From assembly GCA_037305845.1 (NCBI GenBank), contig CP147778.1, positions 384,001 to 448,000 of the forward strand: a DNA stretch of 64,000 bases, written 5' to 3'. Position numbers and translations under genes: made by a program. Source of the DNA: Candidatus Freyarchaeum deiterrae (GTDB lineage: Archaea > Asgardarchaeota > Jordiarchaeia > Jordiarchaeales > Jordiarchaeaceae). Below are positions 40,381 to 51,128 of this stretch, piece by piece (within the stretch, counting starts at the first letter, position 1; each line of letters starts with the position of its first letter). The notes beneath the pieces were generated by a model that saw nothing but the letters and a program-made list of their open reading frames with translations, had not been told where the DNA came from and searched no databases.

Positions 40381-43095
40381 ATAGCCGAGACTAAAAACTG
40401 GCATAGCATGCCAACAGAAGAGGCTATGAAACTTCTGGAGAGTAGCCCTAGGGGTCTAACCGATGAGGAGGTTTCTAAACGACGAGAAGTGTACGGGCCG
40501 AACAGAATCGAAGAAGTCAGAAAGCGTTCTCCTCTTAGACTGTTTTTTAAGCAGTTCCAGAACGCCATAAACTACATTCTGATTCTGGCTGCTGTAATCT
40601 CGATTATTGTTGGAAATAACTTTCTCGATGCGATGGTAATCATCGTAATTCTCTTTATCAACGCTATTCTGGGTTTTGTTCAGGAGTACCGCTCCGAAAA
40701 GGCTCTGGCGGCTCTTAAAGAATTATCCGCACCCAAAACCATCGTGTTAAGAGAAGGCATAGAAAGAAGAGTTAACACCGAGGAACTGGTTCCCGGAGAT
40801 GTCGTGGTTCTTTCTACAGGTGATAGAGTTCCCTCCGATATCCGCCTTTTTACTTCGGTGAGGATGCGGGCGGAGGAGTCCATGCTAACAGGTGAACCGG
40901 GCTCCGATGAGAAAATTACTGGAAAGTTGCCCGAAGACACCCCTTTGGTGGACAGGCTGAATATGGTTTACTCCGGAACCAGCATCACCGGGGGAAGGGG
41001 TTCTGGAATTGTTGTAGCCACGGGCATGAATACCGAGGTGGGAAAGATTGCTGAAGAAATCGAGGAAGCTAGCGGAGAAAAAACTGATTTTCACAGAAGA
41101 ATATCTAGTCTAGCTATTTACCTCTCAATTCTTGCCGTAGTATTGGCGAGCGTCCAGGCGGTTCTAGCCTACTTAAGGGGTATACCCACGTACACTGTTC
41201 TTCTCTTCGCATTAACCTCAGCGGTTGCAAGCATTCCGGAAGGACTCATAGCCGTTATCACCATAGTCCTTGTAGTCAGCGTTAGAGTTATGGCTAGGAG
41301 GAACGCTATCGTCCGCAATCTGCAAGCCGTGGAGACTCTGGGCTCCGCCACCGTGATATGCACCGACAAGACTGGAACCCTCACTAGAAACGAAATGACC
41401 GTGCGGGTGGTATATCTGAACGGTGAAACCATAGAGGTTACTGGAGAGGGATACGCACCCATAGGGAACTTTGAGAAAAATGGAGAGATGGTAGATCCCG
41501 AGAGTCATCCACATCTCAAATTGTTTCTGAAAGCCATGGCGCTCTGCAATGATGCCAGACTGATTTCGGAGGATGATAAATACTCCATTTTCGGAGACCC
41601 CACCGAGGGTGCCTTGGTTGTGGCGGCGGCTAAGGGAGGAATCAATAAGGAGGAAGAAGAAGAGGAAACTCCTCGTGTGGATGAGATTCCCTTTGAATCA
41701 GAACTGGCGTGTATGGCTACTGTTCACGACTTCACTGATGAAGAAAAGTACATTTATGCTAAGGGTTCTCCCGAACGTATAATCGAGCTGTGTAACGAAA
41801 TTTACGTAGACGGCAGAACCGTAGAAATAACCAGTGAATTTCGAAACCGAGTGCTGGGTGTAAGCCATGAATTAGCATCAAAGGGTTACCGGGTTCTGGG
41901 AATTTCTTTCAGAATCGTAGGAAGCTCCAAATACCGTTTAGCTAGGGAGGACTGTGGCAGGGACTTGATTTTATTGGGGCTGGTTGGTATGGTTGACCCT
42001 CCAAGAAGAGAGGCCATAGAGGCGGTTAAGAGGTGTAAAAATGCTGGAATAAAAGTGGTCATGATTACTGGTGATCATCGGGAGACCGCTAGAGCCGTAG
42101 CTGAGGAAGTGGGGATAATGACCAAGAAAGACCGCATTCTAGAGGGGAGAGAACTAGACGTTATTCCCGAGAAGGAATTCGAAAAAATAGTGGAGAAAGT
42201 AAAAGTTTTCGCACGAAACGAGCCCCGCCACAAGCTGAGAATCGTGAAGGCTCTTAAAAAGAGAGGCAACATCGTAGCCATGACCGGAGACGGAGTTAAT
42301 GACGCTCCCGCCCTAGAAGAGGCGGACATCGGCATCTCCATGGGCACAACTGGTACTCAGATCGCCAAGGAGACCTCTGACATAGTTTTGACCGATGATA
42401 ATTTCGCCTCAATAGTGGGAGCAGTCGAGGAGGGTAGAACGTCTTTCAATAATCTGAGAAGAACGCTTTTATATCTGATATCGACAAGCGTCGCAGAGGA
42501 TATGACTGTACTCTTAGCTCTTCTTTTAGGTTTTCCACTACTCCTCCTGCCTCTTCAGATTTTATGGATCAACCTAGTCACCGACGGGTTTTGCGACAAA
42601 ACTCTGGCCATTGAACCCAAATATCGGGATGTTCTCAAGGACCCGCCGAGACCTCCGAAGGAGAGAATTGTTTCTAGGGGCATGCTGTATCATATAGCGT
42701 TCATGGCGTTGATAATGTCTCTCGGAACCGTGTTTGTTTACTATTTTTCAATTCAATCTTTGGGACTATCGGTGATCATTAAAGGTTACAATGAACCTCG
42801 GACGGTGGCTTTTTACACTCTTGTTTTCTTCCAGCTTTTCAACGCGGTGAACTCTAGGTCTCGTGAATACTCCATTTTTAAAATCGGATTATTCTCGAAC
42901 AAGTACCTCGCTCTGGGACTAATCATTTCGTTGGTTTTGAATATCTCTATCGTTTATGTTCCGCTCTTCCAGCAGCTTTTTGAAATTGTACCTTTGACTC
43001 TCTACGACTGGCTCATAGTTTTTCTGGTTAGCAGCAGTGTTCTAGTAATAGAAGAAATAAGAAAAGCAGTTGCACCTAAACTATTCCGTAGATGA
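40381..43095 (+). CDS. Cation-transporting P-type ATPase (type II, Ca2+-like)
   Basis: PEGL, DKTGTLT, DPPR, TGD, GDGVNDAPAL, NLVTDG; start may be ATA 40381 (first ATG 40408). Confidence 0.93.
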   Translation: MAETKNWHSMPTEEAMKLLESSPRGLTDEEVSKRREVYGPNRIEEVRKRSPLRLFFKQFQNAINYILILAAVISIIVGNNFLDAMVIIVILFINAILGFVQEYRSEKALAALKELSAPKTIVLREGIERRVNTEELVPGDVVVLSTGDRVPSDIRLFTSVRMRAEESMLTGEPGSDEKITGKLPEDTPLVDRLNMVYSGTSITGGRGSGIVVATGMNTEVGKIAEEIEEASGEKTDFHRRISSLAIYLSILAVVLASVQAVLAYLRGIPTYTVLLFALTSAVASIPEGLIAVITIVLVVSVRVMARRNAIVRNLQAVETLGSATVICTDKTGTLTRNEMTVRVVYLNGETIEVTGEGYAPIGNFEKNGEMVDPESHPHLKLFLKAMALCNDARLISEDDKYSIFGDPTEGALVVAAAKGGINKEEEEEETPRVDEIPFESELACMATVHDFTDEEKYIYAKGSPERIIELCNEIYVDGRTVEITSEFRNRVLGVSHELASKGYRVLGISFRIVGSSKYRLAREDCGRDLILLGLVGMVDPPRREAIEAVKRCKNAGIKVVMITGDHRETARAVAEEVGIMTKKDRILEGRELDVIPEKEFEKIVEKVKVFARNEPRHKLRIVKALKKRGNIVAMTGDGVNDAPALEEADIGISMGTTGTQIAKETSDIVLTDDNFASIVGAVEEGRTSFNNLRRTLLYLISTSVAEDMTVLLALLLGFPLLLLPLQILWINLVTDGFCDKTLAIEPKYRDVLKDPPRPPKERIVSRGMLYHIAFMALIMSLGTVFVYYFSIQSLGLSVIIKGYNEPRTVAFYTLVFFQLFNAVNSRSREYSIFKIGLFSNKYLALGLIISLVLNISIVYVPLFQQLFEIVPLTLYDWLIVFLVSSSVLVIEEIRKAVAPKLFRR

Positions 43096-43297
43096 AACTG
43101 ATACCTATTCCAAAAATTAAGCAGAAGAAGCTAATTGCATACAAAAATTTCTTTTGAGAATATTGTTTTTGGTATCCCTTTTTCCAAACGTGTTTTCTGT
43201 TTGTTTCATGAGCTTTTAACAGAAACTTTCAAGCTAAAATTTAATAAGGGGCTCGTAGAAAGTTAAGCAGTCTTGTTCGCGTTTACGAGGTGGTTTC

Positions 43298-43729
43298 ATG
43301 TATAGTAAAATAATGGTGGGCACCGACGGATCCGAGACAGCAAAAAAAGCTGTTGACAATGCCATCGAACTCTGTAAAAGTTTGGGAGCGGAGCTTATAG
43401 CGGTTAGCGCAGTTAACATGGCGCCTGTGTCAGGCATAGAAAAAACTGATGGGAAAACATATAACAAAATTCGGGATGAATTTGAACAACACGCAAATGA
43501 AATTCTTGATGAAGTTGAAAAAAAGGCGGCAAAGGAAAATTTGATGTTTAAGAGAATAGTCAAATTGGGTGACCCTGCAGATGTTATAGTGGAACAGGCA
43601 AAAAGGGAGAAGGCAGACCTAATAGTGATAGGGACTAAAGGACTTATGGGTGTCCAAAGAGTAGTTCTGGGAAGCCACGCAGAAAAAATTGTTAGATGGT
43701 CGCCAATACCAGTTCTCGTTGTGCGTTAA
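43298..43729 (+). CDS. Universal stress protein
   Basis: IMVGTDGS, GDPA, DLIVIGTKG...LGS, PVLVVR. Confidence 0.93.
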   Translation: MYSKIMVGTDGSETAKKAVDNAIELCKSLGAELIAVSAVNMAPVSGIEKTDGKTYNKIRDEFEQHANEILDEVEKKAAKENLMFKRIVKLGDPADVIVEQAKREKADLIVIGTKGLMGVQRVVLGSHAEKIVRWSPIPVLVVR

Positions 43730-43955
43730 ACATTTTTTATAATAGCCCAACCAAATCTCTTTTTTGTTAACAATTCGCCTCAATGCAAAAGATATGCTTG
43801 GTGTCTTATTTGAAATTTGATTCTTCGTCAGTCTAACTGGCACTTGTCACATCTTTTATCGTCATATTCTTAGCACGCGAGGATTTGTAGTCATCTTTAT
43901 ATGTCTTTTGCGATTTTTCTTTTTTTGTGAGCACGCTTTATATTGAGGAGATAAT

Positions 43956-44900
43956 ATGAGTACCTTGGAAGAGCGAATTATGCAGTCGGTGGAGAAGGTA
44001 GGGCCGGCTGTTGTGAACGTAAGTACGACTCATTTGGTACGGGATTACTTCTTTCATGTTCACCCCGTTCAGGGGATGGGGTCAGGCATCATCGTCGATG
44101 CTGACGGCTACGTGGCGTCGAATAACCATGTCATCGCGGGGAGCATGCAGGTGAGTGTAACGACTGTAGACGGCAGGAATCTTGAGGGAAAAGTGATTGG
44201 TACCGATCCCACATCTGACGTCGCCCTGTTAAAGGTGGATAGCACTGGCTTACCGACCGCTGAACTCGGCGACTCCGACAAGCTGAGGGTAGGCCAGATT
44301 GTAATAGCCATCGGAAACCCGTTCGGTTTCGCGCTAGGCGGCGGCCCAACGGTTACTATGGGAGTCGTGAGCGCATTGAAAAGGAACATACAGGCGGAGG
44401 AACGGATCTTCGAAGACCTCATCCAGACCGATGCTGCGATTAACCCTGGGAACAGCGGCGGCCCCTTAATCGACCTGGAAGGAAGGGTAATAGGTGTTAA
44501 TACCGCAATGATTCCATTCGCTCAGGGCATAGGTTTCGCGATACCAATAAACGAGGTTAAAGCGCGACTGGAGGATCTGATTAAGTATGGGCGGGTTATC
44601 AGGCCATGGCTTGGTATCGTAGGCCTCGATCTGACGAAGGAGATAGCGGCATATTATAGATTGTCAGTCAGTGAGGGTGTCATCGTGACCCGCGTCATGC
44701 GCCACAGCCCGGCGCATAAAGCTGGCATCCGTGAAGGAGACATCCTCCTCAAGCTTGAGGATGTTGAATTGAAAGAGGTGGGAGACCTTCAAAAGACCTT
44801 GAAAATGAAGAAGCCGGACGAGATGGTCAAGCTCGTCATTCTAAGGGATGATAAGCAAGGCATTGTAAACATCACGTTAGGTGAGACCCCGGAGACCTAG
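43956..44900 (+). CDS. HtrA/DegP-like serine protease with PDZ domain, no signal peptide
   Basis: GSG, NNHV, DVALL, TDAAINPGNSGGPL, RPWLG, C-terminal PDZ. Confidence 0.92.
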   Translation: MSTLEERIMQSVEKVGPAVVNVSTTHLVRDYFFHVHPVQGMGSGIIVDADGYVASNNHVIAGSMQVSVTTVDGRNLEGKVIGTDPTSDVALLKVDSTGLPTAELGDSDKLRVGQIVIAIGNPFGFALGGGPTVTMGVVSALKRNIQAEERIFEDLIQTDAAINPGNSGGPLIDLEGRVIGVNTAMIPFAQGIGFAIPINEVKARLEDLIKYGRVIRPWLGIVGLDLTKEIAAYYRLSVSEGVIVTRVMRHSPAHKAGIREGDILLKLEDVELKEVGDLQKTLKMKKPDEMVKLVILRDDKQGIVNITLGETPET

Positions 44901-45044
44901 AAGAAAAAACTTGATTGTGTTGGATTTATTTCGGTTCTTCAATTGGATTTTGGTTGTAGGATATTACTCTTATCTGAGAGAGTATTTTAATTTTTATTAT
45001 TACTTTTAATAACATGTATCTATCCAAATGTAGTATTGGTCTTC

Positions 45045-46019
45045 TTATTCGTAAAATCTTTTTAACATTTTGCAAATTGCTAAATCTATCCATAAATTAA
45101 GATTTGTACCTGACTTGTTCTTCAACAAGTTTAATTCCCAAAGCCCGTTTTCTTTTTGGCTGTCAATTAGCCATTTAAGCGCTTTGCCAATCTGTGGAAT
45201 GTCTTTTGTGAATCCTAGTAATGAAAGGGAATCAAGTGCGGATAATAAATCTGTAAACCAGAAGGGAAACGCGAATTTGATCCAATAACTAGGGTCTCCC
45301 CGGTCTGGATAATTATCGGATTTAAATAAATGTGACGTTAGTAGCTCTCCTGCAGCTTTTGCCTCTTTCGACTTTCGATACTTTTCGTGAGCTGCAAATC
45401 CACGTAGTACTACACCGGTTACTAAATGAGAGAAGGGTTTTGATGAATCTGGTTTTATTGTATCATTATCTAAAGCTATTATGTCTAATTTGGCACCGAC
45501 GGTGCGAAGGGGTATAGCCCAGCCTCCATCATTTTGGCGAATAGAAAGAAGCCACTTGAATCCTTTGTCTACGTGGGGATCATTATTGTAACCTGCTTTT
45601 GTTAAAAGTTCCATTATCCCCGCAGTGTAATTGGGAGTGTATTGTTTTCCATAAATTCCTCTAAAGTCTCCTTCTTCCGTCTGAAAACTGAACAGGAAGT
45701 CGGCAGCCTTTTTTATTGCGGAATGTTCTCTGGTGAGACCGTATTTTTCTACTAGTTGACCTAGCATCCGGTAAGTCTCAAGCTGATTATAGTTTTGTTC
45801 TGAACGGACACGTGCTCCGCTGCTAGGATATTTCCATGAACCATTATCCAGTTGTTTACCAATAATTTTTGTTACGTCTGGTAATTGCCATAAATCTTGC
45901 ACCGGGTTATCTTTTTCTGATAATAAATCACGCTTAACAAAAAACAATAGGGCTTTATTTTCTGAACTGATGAGGAGAGGAAGCGGATTATATCGTAATT
46001 GTTTCAACCAACTATCCAT
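45045..46019 (-). CDS. Prenyltransferase/squalene-cyclase repeat protein
   Basis: Repeated QxxxGxW/F motifs (QLDNGSW, QTEEGDF, RQNDGGW, QKENGLW). Confidence 0.7.
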   Translation of the reverse strand: MDSWLKQLRYNPLPLLISSENKALLFFVKRDLLSEKDNPVQDLWQLPDVTKIIGKQLDNGSWKYPSSGARVRSEQNYNQLETYRMLGQLVEKYGLTREHSAIKKAADFLFSFQTEEGDFRGIYGKQYTPNYTAGIMELLTKAGYNNDPHVDKGFKWLLSIRQNDGGWAIPLRTVGAKLDIIALDNDTIKPDSSKPFSHLVTGVVLRGFAAHEKYRKSKEAKAAGELLTSHLFKSDNYPDRGDPSYWIKFAFPFWFTDLLSALDSLSLLGFTKDIPQIGKALKWLIDSQKENGLWELNLLKNKSGTNLNLWIDLAICKMLKRFYE

Positions 46020-46235
46020 TTTTTATTTTCCCTCAGTATAGTAATTCTAACCTCTTTTCATTGTTGCAAAAAGTTTATTATGGATGAATATGTTTTCAAA
46101 AAGTTCTTGTCTCGTGTATTACTCTTATTTTTTGAATCTGCTTTATATTGTATCTGCAAATATTAATAAATAGGCACTACTTACCGTTAAGCAGAAGGAG
46201 TATAAAAGAATAATAGAATTGGAGGCAGGGCATCA

Positions 46236-47204
46236 ATGCACAAAATTGGTTTGAACGTAAGAATGGTTCTAGTTATGGCGCTAATGTTCTCGGTTCTCTT
46301 CGGATTATTCGCAGGCGTATCTTATTTATTGGGTTACTTCCAACCCTACATATACGTACTGATGGCGTTAGGTATCATGGCGGTACAGTACGTCTCTGGT
46401 CCAAAAATTGTTGAGTGGACCATGAAAGTGAAATATGTGACTCCTTACGAGGAACCTCGACTCCACGGCATAGTAGACGGTTTAGTATTAAAATTGGGAA
46501 TAAGGAAACCCAAAGTGGGGGTATCCGATGTGAAGATTCCCAACGCCTTTGCATTCGGAAGATGGAAAGGAGATGCCCGAGTTGTAGTTACCAAACCACT
46601 TCTAGAAAGGCTTGATGACGGCGAATTAGAAGCCGTGCTCGGACACGAACTCTCACATGTGGTCAACCGCGACATGATCATTTTAACCATTGTCAGCGTT
46701 GTACCCCTAATATGCTACTACGTTTTCGTTAGTCTAGTGTGGGGTGGAGGTATGAGCACTGGAGGAAACAGAAACGCGGGGTATGCTGCAATAATCGGAC
46801 TAGGAGCGTTTGCCATGTACTTGGTGACCAACCTATTGGTACTCTACGTTAGCCGAACCAGAGAATACTACGCTGATGCGGGCAGTGCAGAATTGACCCA
46901 GCAACCATACAACCTAGCTTCAGGCCTCTACAAGCTGATACGGGCCAGTAAGGACTTGGAGGAAAAGGAACTCCAACAAGTTCAAGGAGTAAGAGCTTTC
47001 TTCGCCACCGACCCCTCAAAGGCTAGAGGCGAACTCAGAATGCTCATTGAAGCCGACTTGAACAGAGACGGAAAACTAGACGCCTACGAAGTGAAAAAAT
47101 TCGCAGAGAATGCAAAACTGGGAAGGTTCTCTGGATTAGCAGAAATATTCTCCTCGCATCCGAATCCTGTGAAGAGAATCGTTAAGCTCAGCGAGATGTA
47201 TTAG
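46236..47204 (+). CDS. htpX: HtpX (M48) membrane zinc metalloprotease
   Basis: PNAFA, HELSH, SRTREYYAD, SSHP; EF-hand-like insert. Confidence 0.92.
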   Translation: MHKIGLNVRMVLVMALMFSVLFGLFAGVSYLLGYFQPYIYVLMALGIMAVQYVSGPKIVEWTMKVKYVTPYEEPRLHGIVDGLVLKLGIRKPKVGVSDVKIPNAFAFGRWKGDARVVVTKPLLERLDDGELEAVLGHELSHVVNRDMIILTIVSVVPLICYYVFVSLVWGGGMSTGGNRNAGYAAIIGLGAFAMYLVTNLLVLYVSRTREYYADAGSAELTQQPYNLASGLYKLIRASKDLEEKELQQVQGVRAFFATDPSKARGELRMLIEADLNRDGKLDAYEVKKFAENAKLGRFSGLAEIFSSHPNPVKRIVKLSEMY

Positions 47205-47222
47205 GGTAACCTTCAAGTAAAT

Positions 47223-47248
47223 AGGGTTTGAGGATAGCGTCCTCACCC
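47223..47248. terminator. Hairpin between convergent genes
   Basis: gggtttgagga-tagcg-tcctcaccc. Confidence 0.4.
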
Positions 47249-47334
47249 TTCCTGTTCCTAAAAAAATAGTTTATTCTATTTTTGGAATATTCTCATTTTA
47301 CGTTTTGGTGATTGTTCTGGAGTTAGTATGGCGC

Positions 47335-48726
47335 TTATTGTTTTTCTTCTGTTTTATCTCTAATGATTCTTTCGACGCATTTCATGGCGGATTCCGCTGC
47401 TGAATTCATGCCTACGCCTCTTCCTCGATAAGTGTCTCCCGCGAAGTAGAGGCCTTGTATGCTTGGTGCTTTTACGTCTGGTTTGTTTTTTCCAACCATT
47501 CCCGGTTTTCTGGCTATGCCGTCTATTCCTATGTATCTGGAGGGAAGCGTCCATTCAATGTGGTCTTCGAAGCCTGGAAATATTTGGGTCAAATCGTCCC
47601 AGAGAACATCCAGTCCCTCTCTCACCCACCACTTATCAAGAGCATTTTCGGGTTGGCAGGGGCAACTCACAGATAGTAGGAACTTTCCTTGAGGGGCGAT
47701 GTCTGGGTCAAAGTTTGAGGGTGCAAAACACTGGAAGGGTAGACCGGATTGGGGGAGTTTTAGAGAAGCGCGATACTTCTTGTCATCCCAGAGAGCTTCA
47801 TCTAGGCCTAATATGTATCCGATTGCGGCGGTGGTTTCTGCGGATAAGCTGTTTATTTTACTAATGAACCAAGAGGGAAACTCTTCTGATGGGAGTATAC
47901 GCTCCAGAACCCAGATAGGGACTGCACATATCACCGTATTAGCTCTCAGGAACTCGGTCTCATTTACTAGCCAGGCTTCAAAGTTTTTGGGGGCGTCTTC
48001 AACAGCTTGCTCCAAGGACACACCGATAACTTTCGAGTCTTCGATTAGAACTTCGTTTATACTCGATTCCGTGAAAACCACACCGCCTTTTTCTCTGATA
48101 ACCTCGACCATAGGTTTGACTAGATTTATGGTTCCTCCCTTAGGAAATCCTGAGGCGAGAAGTGCTTTTTTCGCTTCCAAGTTCTTCTTCATATCGTAGA
48201 TTATTTCACTTGCTGCCATCTCTTCCCAGTCTGTGATGGTTGTAATCATCATACCCAGATAGCCGAAAAGGTCTTTAACATTCTGGTTATCGGTTATGCC
48301 TTCCACCCATTCTTGAAGAGAAGAATCGTCCAAGTTGTCAATATCCTGATAGCTCGTTTCATGAATGGCCTTTATCAGCTTCTCGAAGCTCTCGTTATCG
48401 GAGCGACTGAATTTTCTATATTCCGAAATGTCCTGCCATTTATCATCGGCCCAAACGTTTACCCCCTCAGACCAGGCTGACAATTCAAATCCTTTCCCTA
48501 CTTTTGATAGTAACTCAGCTACTGAGCTAACGCTTCCCTGTGGGAGGGCATGAAGCCCAGTATCAATAGCGAAGCCTCTAAAATTCATGGTGGTAGCTCG
48601 GCCGCCGACGTAAGGAAGCTTCTCAAAAACGGCAACTCTATAACCCTTAGATGCCAAAAGAGACGCGCATCCCAGACCAGCAACGCCTGCACCAATAACC
48701 ACTATGTCAAAATCATAATCCATCAT
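47335..48726 (-). CDS. FAD-dependent oxidoreductase (phytoene desaturase/amine oxidase-like)
   Basis: GAGVAG, EK..YVGGR, DTGLH, GLYFAGD. Confidence 0.85.
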   Translation of the reverse strand: MMDYDFDIVVIGAGVAGLGCASLLASKGYRVAVFEKLPYVGGRATTMNFRGFAIDTGLHALPQGSVSSVAELLSKVGKGFELSAWSEGVNVWADDKWQDISEYRKFSRSDNESFEKLIKAIHETSYQDIDNLDDSSLQEWVEGITDNQNVKDLFGYLGMMITTITDWEEMAASEIIYDMKKNLEAKKALLASGFPKGGTINLVKPMVEVIREKGGVVFTESSINEVLIEDSKVIGVSLEQAVEDAPKNFEAWLVNETEFLRANTVICAVPIWVLERILPSEEFPSWFISKINSLSAETTAAIGYILGLDEALWDDKKYRASLKLPQSGLPFQCFAPSNFDPDIAPQGKFLLSVSCPCQPENALDKWWVREGLDVLWDDLTQIFPGFEDHIEWTLPSRYIGIDGIARKPGMVGKNKPDVKAPSIQGLYFAGDTYRGRGVGMNSAAESAMKCVERIIRDKTEEKQ

Positions 48727-48960
48727 AAAATTAACCCCATGCCATTCCTGCAAAAATCAAGTTTAATTGAATATTATCCGCTATAATTTAAACTTTGTTC
48801 CTTTCTAACAATTTTTTACGAACGCCGGAGTTAGGAACGAACATGAGGAAACCACTCAATTTAAATATGGTGTACTCTTCTTAAAGAGTTTAAAAGAAAA
48901 AAAAGAAAAACCATGAAAAAATATAATATTTTAATTTCATTTCGAGGAGATGGTTTGTGA

Positions 48961-49746
48961 ATGGTAAGTTACACGGATATAGTTTTTGAGAAGAAACCCC
49001 CAATTGGTTGGGTGACTCTCAATAGACCAGACAAGTTTAACTCTATAACCTCTAAGATGGTAGAGGAGCTTAGTGACGTTATGAGTGTCCTATGGGACGA
49101 CGAGAAAATAAGAGTTCTAGTGATTACGGGAGCAGGGGATAAAGCTTTCTGCGCCGGAGCAGACATCAATATGTTTGAGGGACTAAAACCAAGCAGCATG
49201 TTTCACACCATACGGAAAATAGCTGAACTTACCCAAAAGATAGAGAAATTTCCCAAGCCAGTGATAGCAGCCGTCAACGGCACCGCCCTGGGCGGAGGAT
49301 GCGAAATAGCTATATCCTGCGATTTCAGAATAGCAAGCGACAAAGCAGTATTCGGACAGCCAGAGATACGATTAGGACTGATACCCGGAGCTGGTGGAAC
49401 GCAGAGGCTCTCAAAACTCATTGGTCTGGGTAAAGCTAAGGAACTCTGCATGCTGGGAGCCAGCATTCCAGCCGACGAAGCCTACCGCACTGGCCTAGTT
49501 AACAAAGTGGTTCCCGCAGACAAATTAAGAGAGGAAGTTCAAAACTTAGCCACAAGACTAGCTGAAGGACCCCCAGTTGCGCTCAAGATGGCTAAGTACG
49601 CCTGCAACTTTGGAACCCAAGTACCACTAGACATTGGATTAGTGCTAGAGTCCGGGGTGTTCAGCATTCTTTTCGGAACCGAGGACATGGTGGAGGGCAC
49701 AGCTGCCTTTCTAGAAAAAAGAAAAGCCAAATTCACAGGCAAATAG
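48961..49746 (+). CDS. Enoyl-CoA hydratase (crotonase)
   Basis: LNRP, AFCAGADI, GGGCE, GQPE..LG.IPGAGGTQRL. Confidence 0.92.
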   Translation: MVSYTDIVFEKKPPIGWVTLNRPDKFNSITSKMVEELSDVMSVLWDDEKIRVLVITGAGDKAFCAGADINMFEGLKPSSMFHTIRKIAELTQKIEKFPKPVIAAVNGTALGGGCEIAISCDFRIASDKAVFGQPEIRLGLIPGAGGTQRLSKLIGLGKAKELCMLGASIPADEAYRTGLVNKVVPADKLREEVQNLATRLAEGPPVALKMAKYACNFGTQVPLDIGLVLESGVFSILFGTEDMVEGTAAFLEKRKAKFTGK

Positions 49747-49924
49747 TCACCCTCTTCCTTTTTTTTAAAAAAACCTTTAAAAGGGTCTTACACACGAAAA
49801 TTGAAGTTAAAATTAGGAATAAGTGCTAATCCAATATTCTAGGATACGAACAGCAGTGAAAAAGAATCTAATTGGCTCCATTCAAATTTTTTAGGCGCAA
49901 GCAAAAGTGAAGTATATGCGAAGT

Positions 49925-51046
49925 TTAAGAACGCCTCTCATCTTCTTCAGCAAGTTCCGTAAATAATTCTTTCAGGCGGGGTGTTAACTTCTTGGGAGTG
50001 CGTACAAGAACCCTCACGAATTCGTCTCCTCTTCCCTGCCCCGATATGTCGGGAACCCCTTTACCTTTTAGTTTGAATAACGTTTGACTCTGAGTGCCTG
50101 CAGGTATTTTCAGCTCAGCTTTACTGTTTATTGTCGGCACCTCAATTTTCGCGCCGAGTGCAGCCTGTGAAAAAGTTATAGGCACATCCGTTATTAGGTT
50201 GTTTCCATCTCTTTCGAAGATCGGGTGCTGTTTGACATGAATTACTACGTACAGGTCGCCTGGGGCGCCTCTCCTTATTCCCGCCTCTCCTTCGCCTCCT
50301 ATTCTCATTCGGGTGCCAGTGTCAACTCCTGGGGGTATGTTAACGTCTATTTTGCTTTTAACCTGAATCCTGCCCGAGCCTTTGCATTCATGACATGGGT
50401 ACGCGTTTAGCTCTCCTCTTCCACCGCACCTTGGGCAGGTCGTAATCTGTACGAATCTTGTGGCTCCTGTTTCCCTCACCTGCTGTAATTGGCCCGTCCC
50501 TCCACACTGTGGACACCTGGTCCCTTTTTTTCCGGGTTCTATTCCAGTACCCTTACACACATTGCATTCCTTCACATGGGGAACGGTTATCTCAGTTTCT
50601 AGTCCCGATACCGCCTGTTCCAGGGTTATTTCCATGTCAAATCTCAGATCGTCTCCCGGTATAGACTGCCTCTCCCAAGACCCCCTGCTTGGGCTGCCTC
50701 TGCGTCCGCGTCCGCCGCCTCCGAATAGACTTTCGAAGATGCTGTCGAAACCTCCAAATCCGAAGCCTCTGAATATGCTTTCGAAGTCGACGTTCCGGAA
50801 TATGTCCTCCTGCGTATATTTTCCGCTTATTCCCGCATGTCCGAATTGGTCATACTGCTGTCGTTTCTCTTCATCAGACAATACGCCGTAGGCTTCTGAG
50901 AGCTCCTTGAATTTCTCTTCAGCATCCGGTGATTTGTTACGGTCTGGGTGATACTGCATAGCCAGTTTGCGGTAAGCGGTTTTTATCTCATCCTTTGTGG
51001 CATCCTTGGAAACGCCGAGTACATCGTAATAGTCTCTTTTTGACAT
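49925..51046 (-). CDS. dnaJ: Chaperone DnaJ
   Basis: HPD motif, G/F-rich region, four CxxCxGxG repeats; start ATG 51046. Confidence 0.97.
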   Translation of the reverse strand: MSKRDYYDVLGVSKDATKDEIKTAYRKLAMQYHPDRNKSPDAEEKFKELSEAYGVLSDEEKRQQYDQFGHAGISGKYTQEDIFRNVDFESIFRGFGFGGFDSIFESLFGGGGRGRRGSPSRGSWERQSIPGDDLRFDMEITLEQAVSGLETEITVPHVKECNVCKGTGIEPGKKGTRCPQCGGTGQLQQVRETGATRFVQITTCPRCGGRGELNAYPCHECKGSGRIQVKSKIDVNIPPGVDTGTRMRIGGEGEAGIRRGAPGDLYVVIHVKQHPIFERDGNNLITDVPITFSQAALGAKIEVPTINSKAELKIPAGTQSQTLFKLKGKGVPDISGQGRGDEFVRVLVRTPKKLTPRLKELFTELAEEDERRS

Positions 51047-51128
51047 ATGTGTTCCCCATAAAGAAAGACTGTTTTTCACCAAAAAATAGTAATGAAAAGA
51101 ATAAAAAAATTTTGGGTAGGGTTAGGTT

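Noticed and set aside
40885-40900. TGEP instead of TGES in the P-type ATPase as a sign of inactivity
   Set aside because: TGEP is a known tolerated variant and the catalytic Glu is retained
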